Source of the DNA: a phage
Reading direction: 5' to 3' (one strand)
Sequence record: PX055572.1
Length of the DNA: 44,832 bases
Within the stretch, counting starts at the first letter, position 1. Each line of letters opens with the position of its first letter. The notes below the pieces were generated by a model. It ran no database searches and was not told where the DNA came from. It saw only the letters and a list, made by a program, of their open reading frames with translations. Both the position numbers and the translations under genes were made by a program. Positions 26,206 to 35,542 of this stretch are shown here, one piece after another.

Positions 26206-27626
26206 TTCTTACTCCTACGTTTCATATAATTAAGTAGTTCATCCTGTACAGACCTTTTCTCGTCGGTACGCGCGGCGACAACCTCGTCCAGAGTGTCTTT
26301 AGCAACGATGTGATAAAGGAACACCGGGCGCTCGTGACCCGCCTGTTTCTGGCGGACTGGGCCTATGCGCTCAACAACCTGCAAATAGTGCTCAAGGTTC
26401 CAGCCTTGCGAGATGAACGCCAGATGATGACCCCCGTCCTGTAAATTCAAACCATGCCCGGCTGACGCAGGATGCACGCATAAAATCTCGATTTCCCCAC
26501 GGTTCCACGCTTCCATCTGCTTGTTCCCCTTAGCGCCTTTGGCGAACGCCTGTGCCTGTGGGAATCGCTTAAGGATACGCTCCAGTTCGTGTTTAAACTG
26601 ATAGGCTACCAGCAACGGCGCACCCTGCAACTCCTCAACAATCGACTCGAGCGCATCCAGTTTCGTGTCGTGCACTTTCTCCCAGTCTTTGGTCGCTTCG
26701 CCATCCGGCCCTGACACATACACGGCACCAGATGCAATCTGCAAGCACTTTGAGGTCTTCGCCGCAGCGTTAGCCGCTTCAACTTCCCCGCTCTCCAGTT
26801 CTGCGAATAACTTCTCCTCCATATCTATGTACGCCTGACGCGCTTTCTTCGGCAGGTCGATTTCCACCGGTACGATAACAGGCGCTTCACAACCGAACCA
26901 CTCGGCGGCGTCAATCGTCAGACTGATGTCCTTCATCTTCTGGTGAATCTCGTTATCTGCACCAGGGCGGGCGTGATATTCACGTGCCATCGCAGATTTT
27001 CCTTTCTGTACCGAATTAAACCAGCGGTCGGTGAATGCTGTATACGACGAACCTAGGCGCTCGCCAGCGTCGATAAACCAGTTCTGGCCCCACAAATCCT
27101 TGAGGCCGTTTGGTGACGGTGTACCAGTCAGGTTAATAAAACGCTTAACCCTTCCGAAAGCCACTTTACTAAGCGCCTTTGCACGCTTGCTACCACCTGA
27201 ACGGCTGCGGAATGATTTAAGCTTCGTGCTTTCATCTGCAACGATAACCGTAAAAGGCCAGTCGTCTTTGCCGTAGTAGTCAATCAGCCACTCGATAACC
27301 TCATAGTTCGTGCAAACCACGTTAGCATCTGACTCCAGCGCTGCGATGCGGCGCTTCTCCGAACCAGTTGCATCTACGACACGCAGACAAGGGAATTGCC
27401 ATTTCTCTTGTTCAGCGGGCCACGTACCGGACGCAACACGTAACGGGGCAAGGATTAACACGCGGTCCTCTTCCGTAAGCTGCCCGTTGCGGAACAGGCG
27501 GTTGAGCACCCACATAGTGGAGGAGGTTTTACCTCCCCCCATTCCGCACCATATATTACAGCGCGGGTGTTGCAGCATAAACGAAGTCATGAGCTTCTGG
27601 TATTCGCGCCTTTGAAACTTACTCAT
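26202..27626 (-). CDS. SNF2/DEAD-like superfamily 2 helicase
   Basis: Walker A GMGGGKT, DEAD-like box IVADEST, C-terminal helicase motifs; 474 aa. Confidence 0.75.
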   Translation of the reverse strand: MSKFQRREYQKLMTSFMLQHPRCNIWCGMGGGKTSSTMWVLNRLFRNGQLTEEDRVLILAPLRVASGTWPAEQEKWQFPCLRVVDATGSEKRRIAALESDANVVCTNYEVIEWLIDYYGKDDWPFTVIVADESTKLKSFRSRSGGSKRAKALSKVAFGRVKRFINLTGTPSPNGLKDLWGQNWFIDAGERLGSSYTAFTDRWFNSVQKGKSAMAREYHARPGADNEIHQKMKDISLTIDAAEWFGCEAPVIVPVEIDLPKKARQAYIDMEEKLFAELESGEVEAANAAAKTSKCLQIASGAVYVSGPDGEATKDWEKVHDTKLDALESIVEELQGAPLLVAYQFKHELERILKRFPQAQAFAKGAKGNKQMEAWNRGEIEILCVHPASAGHGLNLQDGGHHLAFISQGWNLEHYLQVVERIGPVRQKQAGHERPVFLYHIVAKDTLDEVVAARTDEKRSVQDELLNYMKRRSKK

Positions 27627-28578
27627 TTACCGCCCCCATGAATGCCTTTATAAATTCAGCGGCTACTTGCGGGACGATGGCATTGCCGTAACCGCGCAAT
27701 CGTCCCACTCTGGCGGGTATCCCATTAGCCAGCGGGAATGTGCTGGGTTCAACTGGCCGGAACTTTCCATCCCTGCATCCGAGCCAGTCAGCATCTGACC
27801 AGAAGCTGTGATGCGGGTCGGCTTCGCCACCGGCGGTAAGTCGCTGTTGTCTGTTAGTTGCGCTATGGCCTGCGTTTGCAGATGCGTAGCCCGATGCATC
27901 GGCCTCCCACTGGTTCGGGGTGTCGCAAACACCCCGTCCATTGCCTTCGGCGTTTGCCACGCCGCCATCAAACCCTGTTCCGTAGCATAATCCAGACGGT
28001 CGAAGGTTCTGTCCTTCCCATCCTTGCGTATCACTGTCACCCCGCTGCCTTTGAAGTCGTTCGCTGTCGGTGTAGGCCAATTGGTGTGCGCCAAAGAACA
28101 GTCTGTCGCGTTTGTGCGGTGCGCCGACGCTACAAGCTGGGAGTACGGCAAACCCGACGGCGTAGTCTTCTCCTTCCAGGTGAGTTTGTAAATCGCACAT
28201 CCACGATTTTGCAATTGCTGGCGCAACCTGTTCCCCAAAGAGGACTGGAGGGTGGCACTCGCTGATGAGGTCGAGGAACACAGGTGCGAGGTGTCTCGGG
28301 TCGAACTGTCCGAGTTGCTTTCCTGCCGCGCTAAACGGTTGGCAAGGCGGGCTTCCCGTCCAGATAGGCGTATCTTCCGAAACTCCCGCAAGTCTGAGCG
28401 CGAGAGGCCAGCCGCCGATACCAGCGAAAAAATGACACTGGGTGAACCCGTCGAGGTCTTCTGGCTTAACTTCGGTAATGCTTCTTTCATCTACAACTCC
28501 AAAAGGTATATGACCCTGTTTTATTAGTTCACGCAGCCACGCGGCTGCGCCTTTATCCCATTCGTTGTAATAGTTCAT
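27619..28578 (-). CDS. DNA (cytosine-5)-methyltransferase
   Basis: Motif I FAGIGG, motif IV catalytic PCQ (SPPCQPFS), motif VI-like GEQV, motif VIII RDR, C-terminal [10 protein letters not shown]; 319 aa with Gly/Asn-rich variable region. Confidence 0.75.
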   Translation of the reverse strand: MNYYNEWDKGAAAWLRELIKQGHIPFGVVDERSITEVKPEDLDGFTQCHFFAGIGGWPLALRLAGVSEDTPIWTGSPPCQPFSAAGKQLGQFDPRHLAPVFLDLISECHPPVLFGEQVAPAIAKSWMCDLQTHLEGEDYAVGFAVLPACSVGAPHKRDRLFFGAHQLAYTDSERLQRQRGDSDTQGWEGQNLRPSGLCYGTGFDGGVANAEGNGRGVCDTPNQWEADASGYASANAGHSATNRQQRLTAGGEADPHHSFWSDADWLGCRDGKFRPVEPSTFPLANGIPARVGRLRGYGNAIVPQVAAEFIKAFMGAVNE

Positions 28579-28766
28579 TTCGCCACCAGAACTAACTCTT
28601 TACGCCCGAATGCCGTAACGTTACCGGTTACATCTTCGATAACCAGTTTACCGTTTGACTCGACGAATACCGTATCAACGGCAACAGGGCGGCGGGTCTT
28701 AACGTTGAAAATCATGTCGCCCGGTACGATGTCACGTGCTGGTTTGCGGTCGTATTCGTGTTTCAT
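28575..28766 (-). CDS. Hypothetical protein (63 aa)
   Basis: SD AAGGAA upstream; directly downstream of promoter A; coupled to methyltransferase gene. Confidence 0.45.
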   Translation of the reverse strand: MKHEYDRKPARDIVPGDMIFNVKTRRPVAVDTVFVESNGKLVIEDVTGNVTAFGRKELVLVAK

Positions 28767-28796
28767 TTCTCAATTCCTTATATTGTTGGTGTAAGG

Positions 28797-29084
28797 CTAA
28801 CTATAATAGTTCGCTATTAGGGTGTCAACCTGTTTGAACGAACCAACTACAAAAACATTTGCACCACGCTTACGCATCCGCTCGTGCTCTCGTAACTGGT
28901 GCGGGTCAGGCTTCGTGCTTTCGTCTTTCTTCACCTCGACGAACCAGACGATGCCGCCAGGGAGAATTACCAGCAGGTCGGGAGCGCCGGAACGCCCCTC
29001 ATACACTATCTTACGAACGAGGCCACCAATGGCCTCGAATCGGTCTTTTGCGTATTTCTGTATTTTGCCCTCAGGCGTACTCAT
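28797..29084 (-). CDS. VRR-NUC domain nuclease
   Basis: PD-(D/E)xK-type core GAPDLLVILPGGIVWFVEVKK; ATG 29084 with SD GAGGGG (ORF track starts at upstream GTG). Confidence 0.6.
   Translation of the reverse strand: MSTPEGKIQKYAKDRFEAIGGLVRKIVYEGRSGAPDLLVILPGGIVWFVEVKKDESTKPDPHQLREHERMRKRGANVFVVGSFKQVDTLIANYYS
28800..28828 (-). promoter_or_regulatory. Promoter A: TTGACA-N17-TATAGT with palindrome in spacer
   Basis: As transcribed: TTGACA CCCTAATAGCGAACTAT TATAGT; between VRR-NUC gene and ORF 28575..28766. Confidence 0.6.
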
Positions 29085-29165
29085 CCACACACCCCTCACG
29101 TTTCGTATGTTCAGTACCGCAGCGCGGACAGATTCGACAGTCTTCTTCGTAGAACCAGTAAATTT

Positions 29166-29297
29166 TCATTCCAGCACCCACAGATAAATTGCGATGAACA
29201 TGCCCAATATGGCAACCATCATGCCGTATTGACCCTCGTGACAGTAGACACCTGCGGCAAATCCCGCCAGTACCGCGATAATCAGTTTACTTAGCAT
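29166..29297 (-). CDS. Small membrane peptide (43 aa)
   Basis: MLSKLIIAVLAGFAAGVYCHEGQYGMMVAILGMFIAIYLWVLE; start 8 nt beyond DNA polymerase stop; verified codon by codon. Confidence 0.3.
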   Translation of the reverse strand: MLSKLIIAVLAGFAAGVYCHEGQYGMMVAILGMFIAIYLWVLE

Positions 29298-31473
29298 AGC
29301 GTTTTAACTCCTGACCTTCCGCTACAAGAGGGAACCCCTCCGCCCATTCTGGTAATTCGCACATCAATCGCTCAAGCTCTGCGACATTGTATTCCGGCGT
29401 ATCTGGAGTTTCGCAGATAATCTCATCGTGGACATGAAGTACAATTGGATAACCGTTTGCTTCAACGTTAAGTAGCGCATTAGCCAGCAAGTCACGGCAC
29501 AGTGCCTGAGTGCAGTTTTCCACCAGTTTACCGGAGTAGGTGTACTGGAAGCCCCACTGCCTGGTTAACTGATTTTCACCCTGATACTTGATGCGCACGT
29601 TAGTAGAAACTTTTCCGTCTTCGTCTGTCTCTTTTGACACGCTCAACCCGACGCCCGGGTATGACATAACGCGACCTGACGGCAACGTCATGCGCAACCA
29701 CCAACCAGCGACTTTGTTGCCGTTGTTGTCTGTTTCTACGTTGCGAGAAAACTTAACCCCGCGAGGGCCAGCGGTGAACTCTTTCCCCGGATTACGGATT
29801 GCTGCCATAGCTGCGTCTTCAATATCGCGCCAGAATTGGACTATTGCAGGATTAGCTTCCCGGTACATGCGCTTTAAAGCGTCACAGGTGCGCCAAACTT
29901 TCTTATCAAGGATATATGAGGGTCGGTCATCTTTTTCACCAGGACGTGGTGGTCGCTTGGCTTCCTGAATACGCGCCCATTCGTATCCGCGTGCGGTAGC
30001 GGCCCAAATATGGTCCGGGAATGTACCGTCTAAAGTGTTAGTCATGTCATTCAAATCAAGACCTAAGTTTTTAGCAAACGTGACGAAAGCACCGACGCCC
30101 CCCGCGTAGCCGAGTCCCAGAACCATTGCTTTGGCTATTTGTCTTTGGTCCTTTGTTACGGCTTCATATGCAACATTGAACACCGTTGATGCGAGTTTCT
30201 TATACACATCAACCCCGTTTACAAATACTTCGATTAAATCGTCTTCACCCGCCAGCCACGCAAGACCGCGGCCTTCGACGTTAGAGTAATCGGCAACGAC
30301 AAACTTATGCCCTGCTTCCGGTATGATGCAGCTACGAACGGTCGATGCCGTTAGCTTGGCTACGTCAAATCGGCGGTGCGCCCGGCCCTTAAGTAACGCT
30401 GAAATGCCTTTATCCAGTTCATCATCGTGATAGTACCCACGCGCGAGGTTCTGCGGCTGAAAGCCTTTACCGGCAAATCGTAATGTACGCTTGGCTCCGC
30501 CGTACTGAATGCAACCACGACGGCGGTCGTCCGACGAGCGCCCTAACAGCAGCGGGTTATATTTCGTTGACGCTGTGGACGCGGCCCCGAGGCGCATTTC
30601 GATAATCGTGCGTGCGTCGTCCGGTAAATCATCATCCGCCAACAGGTCGTTAAGCGTAGACTTCTGCGCGTTGTGGATGCGGTGCGCTGGTGCAAGTTCA
30701 CGCAGAATCGGCAGGAAGTCTTTACCAGTAAGCGAGCCGCCGTATTTGCGCTGTGCTTCTTCCTGTAGCTGCGCTTTGTGCTTCTCCACGGCTTCAATCG
30801 CGGCTTCTGCCAGTGCAACGTCAACCTTAAATCCGCGGTCGTTAATCAACTGGTCCAGTTCCAGTACACGGTCTTCGAACTCGGAGTTACCCCAACGCGG
30901 CAGCTTATGGAAGACTTCACGCATCGCAGTGATGTCGCTCACGGCGTACCTGATGAACATCGCCCACTCGTCAGGGTGAGTTTCTGCGGTGTAGCGGCGG
31001 ATTTTGTAGTTCTTCGGCGTCGGTTTAGAGAAACGCTTAATCAGAGCCTTGCCGCGTTTATCTTTCGCGTTGTCTGCAGACACGCCCAGCACTTCGCACA
31101 GCGCATCAAGAGAACCCGGCAGCGCGTGACGGAACGCCCAAATCATAGTATCAATGGTGTTACTTACCGGAATATCAAAGTCCCAGCAGTGTTTCATGAT
31201 TAGGCGATCGAACATTGAACCGTTGTGCCATACCATCTTAATGCGGCTGTTGGGCTTAACAAGGCGGCGCAGTGCGCGGTGTAAATCCCCCGGCATGTCG
31301 CTGCCGTCGGTGCAATCCCATACCCGCACAGGTTCGTCGTCAAAAGCATATGTACAGATAAGCACTTCGGTTGACGGGTGTTCGGCGTAAGCGTAAGAAC
31401 CGACTTTCTTCAAATCGGCTTCTGAGAATGTTTCAAAGTCTAAGTAAAGCAATGTGTTCATAGTCTGTACCAC
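29287..31473 (-). CDS. DNA polymerase, family A, with 3'-5' exonuclease domain
   Basis: Exo I-like LYLDFETFS at N-terminus; polymerase motifs KAMVLGLGYAGG and HVHDEIICE; 728 aa. Confidence 0.85.
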   Translation of the reverse strand: MVQTMNTLLYLDFETFSEADLKKVGSYAYAEHPSTEVLICTYAFDDEPVRVWDCTDGSDMPGDLHRALRRLVKPNSRIKMVWHNGSMFDRLIMKHCWDFDIPVSNTIDTMIWAFRHALPGSLDALCEVLGVSADNAKDKRGKALIKRFSKPTPKNYKIRRYTAETHPDEWAMFIRYAVSDITAMREVFHKLPRWGNSEFEDRVLELDQLINDRGFKVDVALAEAAIEAVEKHKAQLQEEAQRKYGGSLTGKDFLPILRELAPAHRIHNAQKSTLNDLLADDDLPDDARTIIEMRLGAASTASTKYNPLLLGRSSDDRRRGCIQYGGAKRTLRFAGKGFQPQNLARGYYHDDELDKGISALLKGRAHRRFDVAKLTASTVRSCIIPEAGHKFVVADYSNVEGRGLAWLAGEDDLIEVFVNGVDVYKKLASTVFNVAYEAVTKDQRQIAKAMVLGLGYAGGVGAFVTFAKNLGLDLNDMTNTLDGTFPDHIWAATARGYEWARIQEAKRPPRPGEKDDRPSYILDKKVWRTCDALKRMYREANPAIVQFWRDIEDAAMAAIRNPGKEFTAGPRGVKFSRNVETDNNGNKVAGWWLRMTLPSGRVMSYPGVGLSVSKETDEDGKVSTNVRIKYQGENQLTRQWGFQYTYSGKLVENCTQALCRDLLANALLNVEANGYPIVLHVHDEIICETPDTPEYNVAELERLMCELPEWAEGFPLVAEGQELKRYAK

Positions 31474-31736
31474 GTCTGATAGTCTGCTTCTGTGAGATGG
31501 TCGTCGCGATCTTGTTTCTTGTTTTTACCGCGTTCTATGATTTCTGCCCAAGTCCGGTCTGGGTCTGTGTCTTCTATTAAATGTTTATGCTCCTCGCATG
31601 CATAGTGTTTATACCAGTCTCGTACACCGTAAGCTGGAGGGTATTTAGTCATCCAAATTGCTCTAACTTTTTTACCTTCTGCCTTACAAAATTTGCAGTA
31701 TGTGATGCGTCTGTATCTCTTAAGTTCCGCTGCCAT
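31458..31736 (-). CDS. Cys/His-rich hypothetical protein (zinc-binding-like)
   Basis: CKFC...CEEHKH pattern; 92 aa; overlaps polymerase start by 16 nt. Confidence 0.4.
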   Translation of the reverse strand: MAAELKRYRRITYCKFCKAEGKKVRAIWMTKYPPAYGVRDWYKHYACEEHKHLIEDTDPDRTWAEIIERGKNKKQDRDDHLTEADYQTWYRL

Positions 31737-31749
31737 TATTTTCGACCCT

Positions 31750-31776
31750 TAGTAAAAAGGCCCAATGAAGGGCCTT
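31750..31776 (-). terminator. Intrinsic terminator after SSB-like gene
   Basis: AAGGCCC-aatgaa-GGGCCTT; on - strand followed by TTTTAC. Confidence 0.5.
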
Positions 31777-31795
31777 AGTTAAATTGATTCAGAAA

Positions 31796-32419
31796 TTAAC
31801 GGCGGCGACGTTCGCGACGCGGTGCGTCTTCTTCGTCGTCTTCCAGGTCCTCGACGCTTGCAGCTACTTTAGAACCACCGAACGCTTTACCTTCGCCTAC
31901 GTATTTAATCGCCAGCAGGTTAACGCCGAGGACTTTGTATTTCTGGCTGAACCAGATTTCAACGCTTACGTTAGCTAAGCATCCGCTGTAAACCTGTTCA
32001 CCTTCAATCTGTTCGCCGTCTACGTTGAAGTCCTGCTCTACCTGAGTCTCACCTTTTTTAGAGGTTACAATCAGCGGCTGTTTCTGTGCCTTCGCTTTGA
32101 AGTAGAAGCCTTCCGGGAAGTCTTCAAACGGATTGTCGCGCTCGGCAATGTCTTTAATCGCGCATTTATCCATGTGCTTACCTTCACCGTAGTTGGACTT
32201 CATCCATTTCTCGGCAGCGGCTGCGCCTAACGCTTCTTCAACTACAGCGTAAACGGTGTCGTAGAGTGCATCGATTTGAGCATGGTCAGACGGCAGGATG
32301 ATAGTCGCGCTGTACTGGCCTTTAGTGATTGAGCCATCATCGTTTTCACGGTCTTTTTCACGTTCAAATACGTTAACCCATGCAGTGTTTACTTTACGCA
32401 GATTCAGTTTAATACCCAT
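31796..32419 (-). CDS. Single-stranded DNA-binding protein-like (acidic C-terminal tail)
   Basis: 207 aa with strongly acidic C-terminus SVEDLEDDEEDA followed by RRERRRR; position beside polymerase and exonuclease; downstream of promoter B. Confidence 0.45.
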   Translation of the reverse strand: MGIKLNLRKVNTAWVNVFEREKDRENDDGSITKGQYSATIILPSDHAQIDALYDTVYAVVEEALGAAAAEKWMKSNYGEGKHMDKCAIKDIAERDNPFEDFPEGFYFKAKAQKQPLIVTSKKGETQVEQDFNVDGEQIEGEQVYSGCLANVSVEIWFSQKYKVLGVNLLAIKYVGEGKAFGGSKVAASVEDLEDDEEDAPRRERRRR

Positions 32420-32487
32420 CGTGATTTCTCGCTTTTCAGTTTATATTTCAAAGTTTACTCCGGGAAGCTGCCCGGCCAGTGATTAGA

Positions 32488-32516
32488 ACTATAATAGCTA
32501 ACTATTCAGGTGTCAA
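32488..32516 (-). promoter_or_regulatory. Promoter B: TTGACA-N17-TATAGT with palindrome in spacer
   Basis: As transcribed: TTGACA CCTGAATAGTTAGCTAT TATAGT; upstream of SSB-like gene. Confidence 0.6.
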
Positions 32517-32520
32517 CACT

Positions 32521-33762
32521 TTATTCCAAATCTTCTTCACTAACCTGATTCCACTCAGGCCGTTTGTCGTCTGCCGTTGTGACGCATGGGGCACCTGGCT
32601 TACGTGTGATGAAGTCTTTCAGTTCTTCTTCCGGTATCACTTTAACAGCTTCGGCTGGCGTCATGAGCACTTCTTTAGTCAGCTTGTCGCCGTAGAGTTC
32701 TGTTACTTTCTCCGCGTCTTTCCACGCACGATTGCCCATCTTACCTTCAACCAGCTTGTACCCAGGAACTTTCTTACCAGAATGCAATGCGGCGGCCATC
32801 GCTTTCTCAACCTTGTCGATGTGCTGCCGCAACAACGGCAACTTCTCATACTCAACTACGAGTTGCTCCGGCGTCAGTTCTAGCACAAAGTCGTCTTCAA
32901 GTCCTTCCGCCAGTACAGAGTTAACGGTTTTTGTACGCGCGGCGCACTGTTCTGAGAACCGGCACCACTGGCAACCATCGACCGACGGCCTGAAGTCCGA
33001 CGCTTTCAGGTTCTTCTTACCGCGGAAATATGCATCTAACGCTAACAGGGCACGTTTCTGTGCGAACTTAGCGAACAGCTCCAGACCTTCGACCGAGATG
33101 TCCCACTCTGACGCACCTCCCGCGTACGGCTGGAAGATGACCAGGCGCACTACCGTGATGTTATAACGTCTCTTGAGTCGGCGATAAACACCGAGAGCGT
33201 AAAGCATAAGCTGCTTGTTCTCTTTCGCTTCGACACGATGCCGTCCTGTTTTAAGGTCGCCGATAATAAGCATGTGCTCGTCGGTGTTGGCCTGTTCCTG
33301 CACGGCAACAAGGTCGGCCGTTCCGAACGTCTCAACACCTTCATACCCCGGATGCAATACCTCAGTAAGATTGACACGCATTTCCAGCTTGGCGTAAGTC
33401 GCTACATCGATAACAGCTTTGCAGTAGTCGGTGTACTTGCGCACCTGCTCAATCATGTCAGCCGTAATCAGGACAGCGCCTTTCATCGGGCTAATTAGTG
33501 CCTTAATCTGGCCTTTGCCTTCATCCAGCACGTAAGCACCGACTTCACGTTCTAACGGCAACGCAGTGCCTTTGATGTACTGGTTTAGGTGCATCTCAGC
33601 TATTGTGTGCATTGCCGTACCTAATACGGCGGCTTTACCGGACGTGTTAGGGATATCTTTTTCACAGGCCAGTGATGCGGCACAGCTTAGCCACTTTTTA
33701 GCGCCAGACGGTGATAGTAAAGCGTGTACGTCGTTATTACCGCCGCGTTCTTTTAGAATCAT
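32521..33762 (-). CDS. PD-(D/E)xK exonuclease with C-terminal Cys cluster (Cas4/RecB-like)
   Basis: 413 aa; IIGDLKTG...MLYALG core and C-terminal CQWCRFSEQC cluster; ends in EEDLE. Confidence 0.55.
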   Translation of the reverse strand: MILKERGGNNDVHALLSPSGAKKWLSCAASLACEKDIPNTSGKAAVLGTAMHTIAEMHLNQYIKGTALPLEREVGAYVLDEGKGQIKALISPMKGAVLITADMIEQVRKYTDYCKAVIDVATYAKLEMRVNLTEVLHPGYEGVETFGTADLVAVQEQANTDEHMLIIGDLKTGRHRVEAKENKQLMLYALGVYRRLKRRYNITVVRLVIFQPYAGGASEWDISVEGLELFAKFAQKRALLALDAYFRGKKNLKASDFRPSVDGCQWCRFSEQCAARTKTVNSVLAEGLEDDFVLELTPEQLVVEYEKLPLLRQHIDKVEKAMAAALHSGKKVPGYKLVEGKMGNRAWKDAEKVTELYGDKLTKEVLMTPAEAVKVIPEEELKDFITRKPGAPCVTTADDKRPEWNQVSEEDLE

Positions 33763-34121
33763 CGTAAACTCTCCAAATACAAGTTTAATGCCTGTAGCTG
33801 TTCTTCTGTGGGAATGAAAGAATGATCGCGATGTAAGTCGCTTAACTGTTGCAGCATTCCTGCGAACTTACGTCTTGCGTCAATAGCGACCATGTGATGC
33901 TTTTCACTTTTATATATTAATGTTTTCGGGTAATCCTCAAGCCTACCAGACGATTTATTCACGCGGAGCGCCCGAGCTTCATGCACAATGTGAATGTACT
34001 TTTTGCCGTTTTGTAACACAGTAGCTACGCCGCTGCTCTTTCTGCGGTCGCCGACTGTGTAAACCTTGTCGCCACTACGCAGATTAAGCCACCATTTATC
34101 GGTCATACCCTGTTCTCCCAC
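33759..34121 (-). CDS. Hypothetical protein
   Basis: 120-aa ORF coupled within replication operon. Confidence 0.35.
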   Translation of the reverse strand: MGEQGMTDKWWLNLRSGDKVYTVGDRRKSSGVATVLQNGKKYIHIVHEARALRVNKSSGRLEDYPKTLIYKSEKHHMVAIDARRKFAGMLQQLSDLHRDHSFIPTEEQLQALNLYLESLR

Positions 34122-34375
34122 TGGTCAATTAAATGTCGTGTCTGGTGCTGGCAGTGCATGGCCCAGCTATACATCGACTCGAAGACATAAAAGTCAGGCT
34201 TGGCAAAAGTCGTGCGCTTAATCTGCGACACGTGACGGCCTATATCTTTGGGCCTGGGTACTTTGCCTAAGTACGCCATCTCTTCCATCTGGTGCGCACC
34301 GGAAGGAGCGCGCAATAGCCATAGAGCCTCCGTGTTATCCCGTCGGTCAATACCTCGGTAGAGTTGGTAAATCAT
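34103..34375 (-). CDS. Hypothetical protein
   Basis: 90-aa ORF in replication operon. Confidence 0.35.
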   Translation of the reverse strand: MIYQLYRGIDRRDNTEALWLLRAPSGAHQMEEMAYLGKVPRPKDIGRHVSQIKRTTFAKPDFYVFESMYSWAMHCQHQTRHLIDQWENRV

Positions 34376-34417
34376 ATTACGACCCTCAGTTAAAGCGGCC
34401 CGAAGGCCGCGGGATAG

Positions 34418-34936
34418 TTATTCTTCTTCGAAATACTTGTTCTTGATTGCCGTCAGGCGTTCAAGGTACTCGGGCAGGTCTTCATCTTTAATCGCGGCAA
34501 TCTTCATTTTCTTACCGGTGAACTCCTCCAGCAGTTCATCGGAATCGTCGCACGCAGCATCGCTAGGACCTTCGTTAATTGCATCGTCGATAGCCTGAAT
34601 CTGGTCACGCAGAGACTTATAATCTACTTCTTCCTTCTCTTCTTCCGGCTCTGGCGTAGGCTCCTCTGCTTTAGCTTTACGCGGCTTGCGTTTAGGCTTC
34701 TCTTCTTCTGCCGGTTTAGTGTCGACTATGTCTTCACCTTCTACCGGGATTTCTTTCGTTACTTCTTTCACAACAGTAGGCTCTATTGTTGCAGTTTCTG
34801 CGACACCACTGTCGGCGTCTTTACCATATGGCGCCGTGATAGCCTTCGGCAGTTCAGTACGGCGTGCACTGTTCGCGGCAATCAGTTCATGTGCAACTAC
34901 GAAACGTTCCAGCAATACTAAGAATTTCTCTAACAT
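34418..34936 (-). CDS. Acidic hypothetical protein
   Basis: 172 aa, Glu/Asp-rich with lysine cluster (KPKRKPRKAK). Confidence 0.4.
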   Translation of the reverse strand: MLEKFLVLLERFVVAHELIAANSARRTELPKAITAPYGKDADSGVAETATIEPTVVKEVTKEIPVEGEDIVDTKPAEEEKPKRKPRKAKAEEPTPEPEEEKEEVDYKSLRDQIQAIDDAINEGPSDAACDDSDELLEEFTGKKMKIAAIKDEDLPEYLERLTAIKNKYFEEE

Positions 34937-34960
34937 TTGTTTCTCTCCTGTTTGTGTAAG

Positions 34961-35188
34961 TTACTCACCGTCGCCTTCAGTAAGGCTATCGTCTATTAGT
35001 TCAAATTTACCGTTTGAGTGTTGAATAGCTTCTTGCCCGCAATGGTCACAGACAACAAGTTTATCGAACCCATCAAACTCATCCCCTACTACGCAAGAAA
35101 GTACAAATTTATGTTTTGTGCACACTTCTTGCGGAGCGCCGAAAATTGCTCGAAAACCTTTAGCTATGGCCCCAGTGATTGTGTTCAT
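34961..35188 (-). CDS. Small Cys-rich (zinc-ribbon-like) protein
   Basis: CxxxxxxxxC...CDHC pattern; 75 aa; first gene downstream of promoter C. Confidence 0.4.
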   Translation of the reverse strand: MNTITGAIAKGFRAIFGAPQEVCTKHKFVLSCVVGDEFDGFDKLVVCDHCGQEAIQHSNGKFELIDDSLTEGDGE

Positions 35189-35216
35189 ATCTGCCCCTCT
35201 CGTTTGGTATGGGCTA

Positions 35217-35245
35217 ACTATAATAGCGAACTATTCACATGTCAA
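35217..35245 (-). promoter_or_regulatory. Promoter C: TTGACA-N17-TATAGT with palindrome in spacer
   Basis: As transcribed: TTGACA TGTGAATAGTTCGCTAT TATAGT; in divergent region facing Cro-like gene. Confidence 0.6.
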
Positions 35246-35289
35246 TGGGCTTTTCTAAAATAATTAATATGGTACTATTCACATATCAA
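35234..35289 (+). promoter_or_regulatory. Candidate rightward promoter and operator-like half-palindrome for Cro-like gene
   Basis: TTCACA (35234-35239)-N16-TAAAAT (35256-35261) overlapping promoter C; downstream element GGTACTATTCACATATCAA (35271-35289) resembles the palindrome. Confidence 0.35.
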
Positions 35290-35309
35290 CTGACTAAGGA
35301 GTAACTGAC

Positions 35310-35525
35310 ATGCAACCATCTGAACTAGGCACCCGTGTAGAACAACGCCGTAAAGAACTCGGCATCTCCCAGCGCCGTTTGGCGGTCCTGACCGGCGTTT
35401 CCCAGGGCGCAATTAACCAGCTGGCTCTCGGTGTAACTCAGGACGTCCGCCCGGCAACGTTGTTTAAACTGGCGGAAGTGCTGGAAGTAGACGCTAAGTG
35501 GCTGGCGTTCGGTGAAGGGGCTTGA
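35310..35525 (+). CDS. HTH XRE-family transcriptional regulator (Cro-like)
   Basis: ISQRRLAVLTGVSQGAINQL helix-turn-helix; 71 aa; SD AAGGAG; divergent from replication operon; followed by terminator. Confidence 0.65.
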   Translation: MQPSELGTRVEQRRKELGISQRRLAVLTGVSQGAINQLALGVTQDVRPATLFKLAEVLEVDAKWLAFGEGA

Positions 35526-35542
35526 CGCCCCTTTCTTTTTAT
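35515..35542 (+). terminator. Intrinsic terminator after Cro-like gene
   Basis: GGGGC-ttgac-GCCCC then TTTCTTTTTATT; overlaps the stop codon. Confidence 0.6.
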
